In this document: positions 20,801-28,594 of the stretch, in pieces
How the letters are laid out: every line of letters starts with the position of its first letter
Numbering within the stretch: position 1 is the first letter of the stretch
Origin: Thermoplasmata archaeon
GTDB taxonomy: Archaea > Thermoplasmatota > Thermoplasmata > Lutacidiplasmatales > UBA184
Length of the DNA: 64,000 bases
NCBI GenBank assembly: GCA_028864975.1
Contig: JAGWLG010000015.1
Coordinates: 1 to 64,000, forward strand
Direction: 5' to 3'
Translations under genes and position numbers: made by a program
Notes under the pieces: generated by a model
The model's database searches: none
What the model saw: only the letters and a program-made list of their open reading frames with translations
What the model was told of the DNA's origin: nothing

Positions 20801-20889
20801 TCGCCGCGGCGGCCGCCACCTCCTCTGCGACCTACGCGCCGTCGCCCACCTCGACCGGCCCGGGAGGCTCCACCGAGCCTCCGGCCTAG
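17875..20889 (+). CDS. Large cell-surface protein C: Kelch-like propeller, 5 Cys-bridged Ig-like modules, 1 PKD, TM
   Basis: True start ATG 17875 overlaps the stop of B (ATGA); signal MRTSLVASFLGVVVVLALAALML; propeller closely similar to protein A. Confidence 0.88.
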   Translation: MRTSLVASFLGVVVVLALAALMLVPTVPSTSVSVRDTSARLPHGFDTAQVGAAALPCMLRPAMMLHCTSSGASVSGVARGVVSSSAWSSASPSPFWKEICGTGGCGLGDREDPQAAFDPIDNEVVLFGGVNASGSGTVYGDTWTFANGVWTQIFPAVSPPARFDGVMTWDAADGYIVLFSGCASLAGCPPALTDTWSFIGGVWTQLTPTSVPTGRFFGSMAWDGVDNYDLLYGGYSSAGFLGDTWSFVGGQWTQLTPTTTPGLRYAMGLAWDPSDGYDVLFGGDSSTSGQVGDTWSYVGGVWTQLAPTTSPPARGLQNSQMDTDGGSPLIWGGYDFNTGQCFADTWTFAGGQWTQQSPTTSPPPKGWGLVVGTPAGSLTIGGYQCGLSDVGDTWQYISGPHVSTPVPSPANPESGVKVTFTSSVLYAGTSPDTLSWTWAPAKWIQCTPSTSLYLNCTPLREGNYSITIHITDATGMTGSATLSPFFVSRGPQVSQPQPTRVKLDVGQTVTLTSTLVYAGSGSDTFSWSSSGSGMGCAVSSTLTDTCKPTAAGTYNVTAYVSDGVGQGWNTSVNIVVSALPASNAPIPWPGPSADVGQTVRFSANITNVGSGGDKFSWTFAPAQGLDCSASFSVSTVCATATAGWYNVSFNMVDSNGGQGFGTLGFQVFALPNLSAPSPSKTSVDVGQTVSFSPTVNWAGSGGLSYLWNSSGDGFGCGANTLGSYSCTPSTAGTYSVATRGTDSNGGVGRSVSLAYTVFALPQATAPMPSNLHPQVGESITFSTSLLSHGSGGVVYSWTSSSSQLGCASSTSGNLTCTPSATGSYTVTVTVKDSNHGWSSVISLPVSVTNTLTLSVSASPTSGTAPVQVTFTSAPSGGTAPYLYTWKFGDDSAAANEPSPTHTYASGGTFLVSVWVNDSAGHSATDTVSVSVLAPASPSVFSVIPGGMVTFALLLLLAVVIIAAMVLLYRRARHHAVAAAAATSSATYAPSPTSTGPGGSTEPPA

Positions 20890-21131
20890 GGGGGCCTGGG
20901 GGTCGCTCCTCCGAGATGGGAGCGCACCATCCTCTCCGTCTGAACGCGAACCTCCTCTCAGGACGCATCCCGAGAACGCATCGGCACACGTCCCAGGGTC
21001 GTCGTCACGGGACCCGTGACGAAGTTCACGAGGAGCCCCCAGCGAGTTCGTGGGGGAGGTAGCGGCAACGGGACCCCTCGGGCTCCCTTCGCGGCCGTTC
21101 CCTTAATGGGGCACGCCGCGTAAGCCCCTCC

Positions 21132-21605
21132 ATGACGGATGGATCCGCCGTCGCGCTCGCGGTCGATGGATCGGAGGAATCGAAAAGGGCGTTGGACCTT
21201 GCATGTCAACTCTGCCGAGGTCTAGGGGCCTCTCTCGTCATCATCACGGTGGTCCCTCCACCCCCCATTTATCCCATGGAGACCGTCCCCCTCGTGATCG
21301 AGCCACCACACCTGCTCGAGGCCTACCAGAAGGCCCTCGGCAACGCGGTCGGAGATGCCCGCGCTCAGGGGGTGGCTTCGGTCGAGTCCAAGCTCTTGGA
21401 AGGGCCGGTCGTGGACTCGATCGTCCAGTTCTTGAAGGAGGCCCAACCTCGCATGCTCGTCATGGGGGCGCGGGGACTGTCCGCGGGTGCCCGGCTCTTC
21501 CTCGGCAGCGTCTCCGACGGCGTCGTGCACCATGCGCCGTGCCCGGTGCTCATTGTACGGGACGGGCGCTCCGCGACCTCGAAGGTCAAGGAGGATAGCG
21601 CATGA
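21132..21605 (+). CDS. Universal stress protein (UspA family)
   Basis: ALAVDGSEES, MLVMGARGLS...FLGSVSDGVVHHAPCPVLIV; CTTAAT ~25-30 nt upstream. Confidence 0.93.
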   Translation: MTDGSAVALAVDGSEESKRALDLACQLCRGLGASLVIITVVPPPPIYPMETVPLVIEPPHLLEAYQKALGNAVGDARAQGVASVESKLLEGPVVDSIVQFLKEAQPRMLVMGARGLSAGARLFLGSVSDGVVHHAPCPVLIVRDGRSATSKVKEDSA

Positions 21606-22249
21606 AGGTGGGGATCCTGGGGAGCGGGGATGTGGCGAGGGCGCTGGGTCGGGGGTTCGCTTCCCGAGGACATGACGTCATGCTTGGCTCGCGAGAGCCC
21701 GAGAGTGAGAAGCTTAGGACCTGGAAGAAGGAGGTCGGAGGGCGAGGATCGACCGGGACCTCTGAGCAGGCCGCCACCCACGGCGAGATGATCCTCGTTT
21801 GCGTTCACGGGACCGGAGCGGAGGAAGCGGTCTCGACCGCGGGCCCCGATCACTTCCAGGGGAAGGTCGTTATCGATACGACCAATCCGTTGGACACCTC
21901 GCGAGGGTTCCCCCCAGGCCTGTTCGTGGGGATCACCGACTCCCTGGGAGAGCGCCTCCAACGAAAGCTCCCTGGCGCGAAGCTGGTGAAGGCCTTCAAC
22001 ACCATTTCCTCGGTCCAGATGGTCGACCCCAAGTTCCCTGGGGGGGCCCCGGAGCTCATGATCTGCGGGAACGATGCAGGGGCGAAGGCCCGGGTCACGG
22101 AGGTCGCGAAGGAGCTCGGGTGGCCAGGTACCCTCGACCTGGGTGGCATCGAGGCCTCCCGATGGATGGAGGCGTTCGTGCCGCTGTGGGTGACCGTCGG
22201 GATGAAGCTCAACACCTGGCACCACGCCGCGAAGTGGGTGCACCCGTAG
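21602..22249 (+). CDS. NADPH-dependent F420 reductase-like oxidoreductase (F420_oxidored family)
   Basis: VGILGSGDVA, LGSR, VIDTTNPL, LVKAFNT, ICGND; ATGA-coupled to usp. Confidence 0.88.
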   Translation: MKVGILGSGDVARALGRGFASRGHDVMLGSREPESEKLRTWKKEVGGRGSTGTSEQAATHGEMILVCVHGTGAEEAVSTAGPDHFQGKVVIDTTNPLDTSRGFPPGLFVGITDSLGERLQRKLPGAKLVKAFNTISSVQMVDPKFPGGAPELMICGNDAGAKARVTEVAKELGWPGTLDLGGIEASRWMEAFVPLWVTVGMKLNTWHHAAKWVHP

Positions 22250-22297
22250 GTCCGGCCCTCTGCGGAGGGTGCGTGGCCCCGAATGAGCACTCGAGGT

Positions 22298-22543
22298 TCA
22301 GCCCGGGGGACGAGGCGGAGCCTCGAACGCTGAGTTGATCGCACCCTGTAGAGGGTCGAAGGTGATCTCCAGGCTCGAGCCATCCTTGCAGACGAACTCT
22401 ACCTTCACCTTGTTCTGAGGCTGGACCCCGTAGCGTTTGAAGGCGTACCTCAGCTCTCCGGCCAATGCAGCAGCGTCTCCCGCGTCCATGGACGTACCCG
22501 GTGGGGCGACCGCAAGGAGCAAAAAAGTCCTCTGCTCGCGCAC
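22298..22543 (-). CDS. Small hypothetical protein
   Basis: 81 aa directly downstream of the ROK gene, globular composition (LRYAFKRYGV...VKVEFVCKDGSSLEITFDP); GTG 22543 or ATG 22489. Confidence 0.5.
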   Translation of the reverse strand: MREQRTFLLLAVAPPGTSMDAGDAAALAGELRYAFKRYGVQPQNKVKVEFVCKDGSSLEITFDPLQGAINSAFEAPPRPPG

Positions 22544-22554
22544 AAGAGGGCCGC

Positions 22555-23523
22555 CTACCTCCCACTCTTACGAGTTCGAGCGAGCAGGATCGCACCCATC
22601 GAGTTGCGATGCTTCCAGGAGCGACTTCGGCAGAACCGGACGCGTCCGCGAAGAGAGGGGAGGAGGGAGGCCTGGAACGCCCGACGGATCCCCTGCTCGT
22701 ATCCCGGGGCCTTGTGGAGGAGACGTCCCCCCAGCACGACCCTGGGGACCCCGAGGACGTTGACGACCGAACCCAGCACCTCTCCGAGCGCCTCGGCTGC
22801 CGTGTCTCGGGCCCTGCGGCAGGCGATGTCTCCCTCTTCCGCGAGTCGAAGGAGGTCCCAAGCGGTCAATGCAGATCCTGCGCGCTCCCGCAGGGCACGA
22901 CCCAGACCTGACCTTGGGGAGCTTCGGGCGAGGCGGACCGCCGTCTCGGCCAGAGCACGACCTCCTGCGAGCGCCTCTACACATCCACGCTTTCCACACC
23001 CACAACGACGTGCAAAGCCGTGGACCCTGACGTGCCCGAGCTCCCCCCCGGTACCCCACACGCCGCGTTGAAGGACCCCTCCCATGACCAGCCCGCCACC
23101 GATGCCTGTACCCAACACCACATAGAGCAGGTCGGAAGGGGGACCCCGCCCCAGCTCGTGCTCCGCCCAGGCCGCGCAGTTCGCATCGTTCTCGACCAGG
23201 ACCCGGCGTCCGAGCGCCTTCGAGAGCATCTGCGGGGCGGACCTCCCGAGCCAGTCCGGATTGTTCGGGGCGAAGGTCACCCTGCCTTTTCGGCCTTCGA
23301 GCACTCCCGGGAAGGCGACCCCTACGGTCCCGACGACTCGACATCGTTCGAAGGCCGTGGCCCCGTCCGCCGCAGCTCGGACCGCCTGCAGGGTGCCTTC
23401 GGCCCCGTTCTGGGGATTATGGGGCTGCACGACAGAGGCGCGGACGCGCCCGCGGGCGTCGAGCGTCACCGCTGCGACGTGCGAGCCTCCGATGTCCACG
23501 CCCAAACGGACCGATAGCGCCAC
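22555..23523 (-). CDS. ROK-family sugar kinase (glucokinase-like)
   Basis: GVDIGGS, ENDANCAAWAE, GTGIGGG, GELGH, CGCGKRGCVE. Confidence 0.93.
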   Translation of the reverse strand: MALSVRLGVDIGGSHVAAVTLDARGRVRASVVQPHNPQNGAEGTLQAVRAAADGATAFERCRVVGTVGVAFPGVLEGRKGRVTFAPNNPDWLGRSAPQMLSKALGRRVLVENDANCAAWAEHELGRGPPSDLLYVVLGTGIGGGLVMGGVLQRGVWGTGGELGHVRVHGFARRCGCGKRGCVEALAGGRALAETAVRLARSSPRSGLGRALRERAGSALTAWDLLRLAEEGDIACRRARDTAAEALGEVLGSVVNVLGVPRVVLGGRLLHKAPGYEQGIRRAFQASLLPSLRGRVRFCRSRSWKHRNSMGAILLARTRKSGR

Positions 23524-23582
23524 GGTTCCCCCAGGAAAGAGCGCATATAACCGGAGAGGGGTCCCATTCGAGAACGGGAACG

Positions 23583-24185
23583 ATGGCGCAGATCGAGTTC
23601 GGAGGGACCCGGGTCCGGGTTCTCCAAGGGGACCTTTGCGACCAGGACACGGACGCCATCGTCAACGCCGCCAACTCCTCGTTGATGGGCGGAGGGGGGG
23701 TAGACGGGGCGATCCATGCTCGTGGTGGACCCCAGATCGCCGAGGCTTGCCGACGCATCCTGGAGAGCGAGTGGCCGGGCGGACTTCCGGCGGGGAAGGC
23801 CGTCATCACGGCCGGGGGAAGACTTCCCGCCCGGCACGTCATCCATACGGTAGGTCCGGTCTGGCGAGGAGGCGAGTCCCTCGAGGAGATGATCCTCGCG
23901 GACGCCTATCGGAACTGCCTCTCGCTCGCGGTCGCGAGGGACCTCAGAACGATCGCCTTCCCCGCCATCAGCGCAGGGGCGTACGGGTATCCGATCGAGA
24001 AGGCGGCGCGGGTCGCCTTGGGAACGACCCGGGTGTTCCTGGTCGGCGGGCTCAACATCCCTCCACCGGGTCGCGTGCGGAGGTCGACGCTCGAGGAGGT
24101 CCGTTTTGTCCTCTTCCGGAGCGAGGATAGAGAAGTGTACGAGCGGGCCCTACGGGAGATCTTTGCGCTCGCAGGCCCCGACTGA
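23583..24185 (+). CDS. Macro-domain O-acetyl-ADP-ribose deacetylase / ADP-ribosylhydrolase (YmdB-like)
   Basis: DAIVNAANSSLMGGGGVDGAIH, VIHTVGP, FPAISAGAYGYP; CATATAA in the divergent promoter. Confidence 0.95.
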   Translation: MAQIEFGGTRVRVLQGDLCDQDTDAIVNAANSSLMGGGGVDGAIHARGGPQIAEACRRILESEWPGGLPAGKAVITAGGRLPARHVIHTVGPVWRGGESLEEMILADAYRNCLSLAVARDLRTIAFPAISAGAYGYPIEKAARVALGTTRVFLVGGLNIPPPGRVRRSTLEEVRFVLFRSEDREVYERALREIFALAGPD

Positions 24186-24262
24186 AGCTCCGGGCGTGCA
24201 GAGGTCGGAGCTACCGGAGCCACCGCGGCGTTCATAGACTTCGGACGTTCACGGGTGACGAA

Positions 24263-27200
24263 GTGCCGGCAGAACCCGCGACCTCCGACCCCCTGACGCA
24301 GGCGATCCCCCTGATCGGGCGGGGAGCGGAGACGCGTCAGCTTCGGCAAGCCCTCGACTCGGCCTTGGCCGGCCGAGGCTCGGCGTGGACCCTGGAGGGT
24401 CCGGGGGGGATCGGAAAGACCCGGCTCCTCCGATGGATGGAATCGTCCGCCCGTGGTGAGGGGTTCGAGGTGCTCTGGGGCTACTGCCTCAAAGAGACCA
24501 TCTCACCATTCTTCGCGTTCGAACAGGTCTTTCGGCCCCGGGCGACGGGGGTCGGAGCGACCGCGACGTCCTCGGGGGCCGTGGAGGGCAAGTCCGTGGT
24601 AGGACGCGAGCTCCCAGCCGTGGGGAACCTCCCTTCGGTCCTCATTCTGGAGGAAGAGAGGCCCCGACGGATCTTCGAAATGGTTCGGAAGTACGGTCCT
24701 GAGACCCCGACGCTCCTGCTCTCCCGTGAACGCCCCTCCACGTTGCGGCTGAAGGACCCCTCCCTGGACCCGGGAACGACCATCCTCTGGCTCTCCCGGT
24801 CCGAGGGAGAGGATGTGGTCCCACCTTCCCAGATGGACGCCCTGGGAGAGAGGCTCCAGCTGCACTTGGTCCGCCATCCCGGGGCGATCGTCGCGGTCAG
24901 CGGGCTCGAATACCTGGTCAGTCAGAACGCGTTCTTGCCCGTCCTGCGCCTGCTCCAGTTCCTCCGCGACACGGCGGAGAGCTCGGGGGGCCATCTGCTG
25001 ATCTCCCTCCCCTCTGCCGCGTTCGAGGCCCGGGAGCTGTCCCTGCTGGAAGGGGAGGGCGAGGTGCTCCGTCCGTCGACCGCGCCCCCGGTGCCCCCAG
25101 GGGCCCCCGAGTCCCACCCGTCTGAGCGCGGCGGAGTATCCCCGGGGCCGGAGGCCCCCGCGACCACGCTGCTCCGGTACCTCGACCAGCTGGAGCGCAC
25201 CTCTTCGACCCGCCCTGCGCTCCTCATCGTCGATGATCTCCAATGGGCGGACGCCCAGAGCGCGCTGACCTTCCAGTTCCTCGCACGCAATCTGGGTTCG
25301 CTCCGGGTCGTGCTTGTGGCGGGACTCCGAGATGAGGCGACCGAAGGCTCCGGGAGCGGAGAGACCTCGCTCTCTTCCTCCCTGGAGTCGCTCCGCCACC
25401 AGGGGCATCTTCGCTCGCTTTCCCTGGGGGGCCTCGCCGAATCGGAGATGATGGAGCTGATCGATCGCCGATTGGGCGGCCCGCTCCGGCTCGACGCGCA
25501 TGACCAGGAGTTCCGGGACTTCCTCCAGCGTTCCGGAGGGAACCCTTTCTTCCTCCTCGAGACGGTTGAGCAGCTTCGCGACGAGGGATGGGTCCGACGG
25601 CAGGACGGAGCGTTCACGCTCACCTCCCCCGGGTCTGCTGGCGGGGCCGCGGCCGAGGGGCCGGGTACCGCTCAGCTCCCCGCGACCATCCGAAAGCTGG
25701 TCGGCCACCGCATCGCACACTTGCCTGCGGACCTTCGCCGAACGCTCGAGGTCGCGTCGGTCGTCGGGAGCGAGTTCGAGATGGCCCCGCTCGTCTCGGT
25801 GCTGGGTCGCTCCCAAGTGGAGGTCGAGGGTCAGCTCAAGGCCCTCCATGAGCGTTACCGCCTGCTCGAAACGATCCCAGGGACCCCCCGGTATGCCTTC
25901 GGGCACCCTCTCGTGTGGGAGGCGACCCGACTGACCCTCCCGAAGGAAGACCTCGCGAAGATCGCCCAGCAGCTCGCCGCCTGGTGGGCGACCAGCCGAC
26001 CGGAGGATGTCGAGCTCATCGCCCGCTTGTACCACGATGCCCGGGACGGGAAGGAGGGCATCCCATGGTTCCGACGCGCGGCGGAGCAGGCGAAGAGATC
26101 CTTGGCGGCGGACGCGCTCCTGACCTACTTCCGCTGGTGGAAGGAGCTCACCGGCCACACCGAAGGGGAGGTGGAAGCCCTGCTCACCTCGCTCTATGAA
26201 GCGAACTGGCACATCGCGACCTCGGGCGCATTCCGAGAGGCCATCGAGCTGGCGGAACTGGCTGAGACCCTTCCCGTGAACGAGCAGCAGCGCTGGCTCG
26301 TGGAGCTCGGCACCGCGGATCTCCTGGGTCAACGCGATGCCGCCCGGGGCGCGGCCATCCTAGAACGGCTGACGCGCGAGTTCGAGGCGGCGGGGCCCCG
26401 AGTCCCGCTGGGTCTTCGCAGCCATCTCCAAGTGGCGAGAGGCTCGCAGTTCCTGGCCCAGGGACGGTTCGAGGAGGCGGTCGGGCTCCTCCTGCCCACC
26501 CTCTCGGCACCACCGACCTCTCCCGAGCTCCTGCGCCTCCAGGTCCGCGTCATGCTCCAGGCTCCGGCAGCGCTCCTGGGCGCGAACCGGAGGGAGGAGG
26601 CCCGCGAGATCTTCGCGCAATTCCGTGCCGAGCGGCTCGACCGCCGGCTGGAGGGCGAGGGGCTTGGCGCTCGCGGGGCGCTCGGAGGTATCCTCTCCAG
26701 CGAGGCCCAGCTCCTCCTGCTCGAAGGGGACGTCCCGGGGGCGATCGCGCGCTTCCAGGAAGCCATCGACCACATGCGGCAGACCGGCATCCTTCGATGG
26801 CTCACGGTCGCGCTCTCCTTCCAGGCGGAGGCTCTGCTGGAGCGAGGGGACCTCGCGGCCGCGAGGGCCTCGCTCGACGAGGCCCGCGCGCTTTCGGACA
26901 AGTTCGAATTCGCACAGGGAGCGGCCAGCGAGCGCTGGGGACGCGGGCTTCTCCATCTCCAGTCGAAGGCGTGGGACCTCGCGAGGTCGGCCTTCGAGGA
27001 TGCGCTCCAACGCTATGCGCTCCTGGGAGATCCCGACGCCCCGGAGGTGCGCCTCGGCCTGGCCCGGGTCCGCTCCGAGACCGGTGACCCGACGGGCGCC
27101 CTCGAGGACCTTCGAAGGCTCGAGCCTTCGGTGGCGAGGATGGAGAGCCGTTGGCGTCCACAATTCTACCGCTTCCGGTCGCGGGTTCGCGGTCGACTTG

Positions 27201-27412
27201 GCGACGCACGCGGCGCCCGGGAGGACCTCGAGAAAGGTCTCGAGCTCGCGCGGGCCTCCGGGAACCGGCTCGCGGAAGGCTTTCTGCTGGGCGCTCTCGG
27301 GCGCTGGGAAAGGACCCGAGGTGAGGGGGCCCGAGCTGACGAGTTCCAACACCGCGCTGCCTCTCTGCTCCGGGCCTGCGGTGTCGAGCGGGACCCCTGG
27401 GTGCTCGTCTGA
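24263..27412 (+). CDS. STAND-class NTPase with DUF835 inserted in the NTPase domain, helical/wH domains and TPR-like C-terminus
   Basis: Walker A GPGGIGKT; DUF835 signature (WLS...SGLEYLVSQNAFLPVLRLLQFLRD...AFEARELSLL); Walker B LIVDDLQWAD; GGNPFFL; FGHPLVWE. Confidence 0.87.
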   Translation: MPAEPATSDPLTQAIPLIGRGAETRQLRQALDSALAGRGSAWTLEGPGGIGKTRLLRWMESSARGEGFEVLWGYCLKETISPFFAFEQVFRPRATGVGATATSSGAVEGKSVVGRELPAVGNLPSVLILEEERPRRIFEMVRKYGPETPTLLLSRERPSTLRLKDPSLDPGTTILWLSRSEGEDVVPPSQMDALGERLQLHLVRHPGAIVAVSGLEYLVSQNAFLPVLRLLQFLRDTAESSGGHLLISLPSAAFEARELSLLEGEGEVLRPSTAPPVPPGAPESHPSERGGVSPGPEAPATTLLRYLDQLERTSSTRPALLIVDDLQWADAQSALTFQFLARNLGSLRVVLVAGLRDEATEGSGSGETSLSSSLESLRHQGHLRSLSLGGLAESEMMELIDRRLGGPLRLDAHDQEFRDFLQRSGGNPFFLLETVEQLRDEGWVRRQDGAFTLTSPGSAGGAAAEGPGTAQLPATIRKLVGHRIAHLPADLRRTLEVASVVGSEFEMAPLVSVLGRSQVEVEGQLKALHERYRLLETIPGTPRYAFGHPLVWEATRLTLPKEDLAKIAQQLAAWWATSRPEDVELIARLYHDARDGKEGIPWFRRAAEQAKRSLAADALLTYFRWWKELTGHTEGEVEALLTSLYEANWHIATSGAFREAIELAELAETLPVNEQQRWLVELGTADLLGQRDAARGAAILERLTREFEAAGPRVPLGLRSHLQVARGSQFLAQGRFEEAVGLLLPTLSAPPTSPELLRLQVRVMLQAPAALLGANRREEAREIFAQFRAERLDRRLEGEGLGARGALGGILSSEAQLLLLEGDVPGAIARFQEAIDHMRQTGILRWLTVALSFQAEALLERGDLAAARASLDEARALSDKFEFAQGAASERWGRGLLHLQSKAWDLARSAFEDALQRYALLGDPDAPEVRLGLARVRSETGDPTGALEDLRRLEPSVARMESRWRPQFYRFRSRVRGRLGDARGAREDLEKGLELARASGNRLAEGFLLGALGRWERTRGEGARADEFQHRAASLLRACGVERDPWVLV

Positions 27413-28594
27413 TCAGCGAGAAGCGCCGAGCAGCTTGCGTGCCGCGACGACCTTCAGGATCTCATCGGTCCCGTGGGCGGAGGTCCCGGAACGGACGTCC
27501 CTCCAGCGCTGTTCGTGGGGGAGCCGCGAAGAGTACCCGGCGCCCCCGTGGAACTGCATCGCGTGGTCCAGGACCTTGAGCGCGGTCGAGTTCCCGAGCC
27601 ACTTCGCGAGAGCGGCCTCCGCCGAGACCTCCTCGTGCCGATGCCAGCGGGCAAGGACATCCCAGGCGAAGAGCCGGGCGGAGCGAAGTTGGGCATGGTC
27701 CTCCACCAGAGGGAAGGAGACCCCCTCGAAGGAAGAGAGCGGCCGTCCGAAGGCGTTCCGGGAGGCCACGTGCTGTCGGGTCTCCCCCCAGGAAGCCCTC
27801 GCGACGGAGAGGTAGAGGAGGCCGAGCAGCGCTCGTTCGGGTGTCAGCTCCTCCATGAAATAGGAGAAGCCTTTGCCCTCTTCCCCGACCCGAGAACCTG
27901 ACGGAACCTGCACGTGATCATAGTGGACGGTGCCGCGGCGCATCCACTTCTCCCCCAGGTCCTCGCTGAGCTCGTGCGAGATCCCTCGGAGGTCCTGAGG
28001 CACGAGGAAGAGCGAGATCCCTTTCGCGCCCTCCCCGGGTGCGGTCTTAGCGTAGACGAGGGCAGCCTGTGCATCCTCCGCAAAGGCCACCTCGCTCTTG
28101 GTCCCGGAGATCACGTAGAGGTCGCCTTCGCGCTCGGCACGGGTGGAGAGGGCGGCGGCGTCAGAGCCGGCATGGGGCTCGGTCACCTGATTGGCGATGA
28201 GCAGCTCTCCTCGGAGGAGCGGACGGTACCACCTTTCCAGAAGTTCCGGGGACCCATGGAGGAGCGGCGAACAGAACTCGGGCTGAAGGACCAACTTGGC
28301 GAAGACGCTACCCCCCAGGAACCCGATCTCCTCGATGAGCGCAGCTTCATCGAGGACCGACCAGGCTTGGCCCCCGACCGAGGTCGGAGCACGAGGCCCG
28401 AGCCATCCTCGTGCCGCGAGGGCCTTCCACTCCCTCTGGGGGAAGGAGGGATGGCGGTCAAGCTCGCTATAGCGTCGTGCAAGGTCCAAGGCGAGAGCGA
28501 ACTCCCGAACCTCCTTTCGCAGCGCCGGTGCGCGTGGGGTAGCGAACGGGGAGGCAGGGTCGATCTCGGAGGCCGGCTCGGGAGTTCCGTTCAT
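27413..28594 (-). CDS. Acyl-CoA dehydrogenase
   Basis: VTEPHAGSD, ISGTKS, LTPER, QFHGGAGY; true start ATG 28594 overlapping the CaiB stop (track ORF over-extends to 29110). Confidence 0.92.
   Translation of the reverse strand: MNGTPEPASEIDPASPFATPRAPALRKEVREFALALDLARRYSELDRHPSFPQREWKALAARGWLGPRAPTSVGGQAWSVLDEAALIEEIGFLGGSVFAKLVLQPEFCSPLLHGSPELLERWYRPLLRGELLIANQVTEPHAGSDAAALSTRAEREGDLYVISGTKSEVAFAEDAQAALVYAKTAPGEGAKGISLFLVPQDLRGISHELSEDLGEKWMRRGTVHYDHVQVPSGSRVGEEGKGFSYFMEELTPERALLGLLYLSVARASWGETRQHVASRNAFGRPLSSFEGVSFPLVEDHAQLRSARLFAWDVLARWHRHEEVSAEAALAKWLGNSTALKVLDHAMQFHGGAGYSSRLPHEQRWRDVRSGTSAHGTDEILKVVAARKLLGASR

Noticed and set aside
27410-27415. Convergent stop codons abutting as TGATCA
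   Set aside because: Reflects compact gene packing; no evidence of function.
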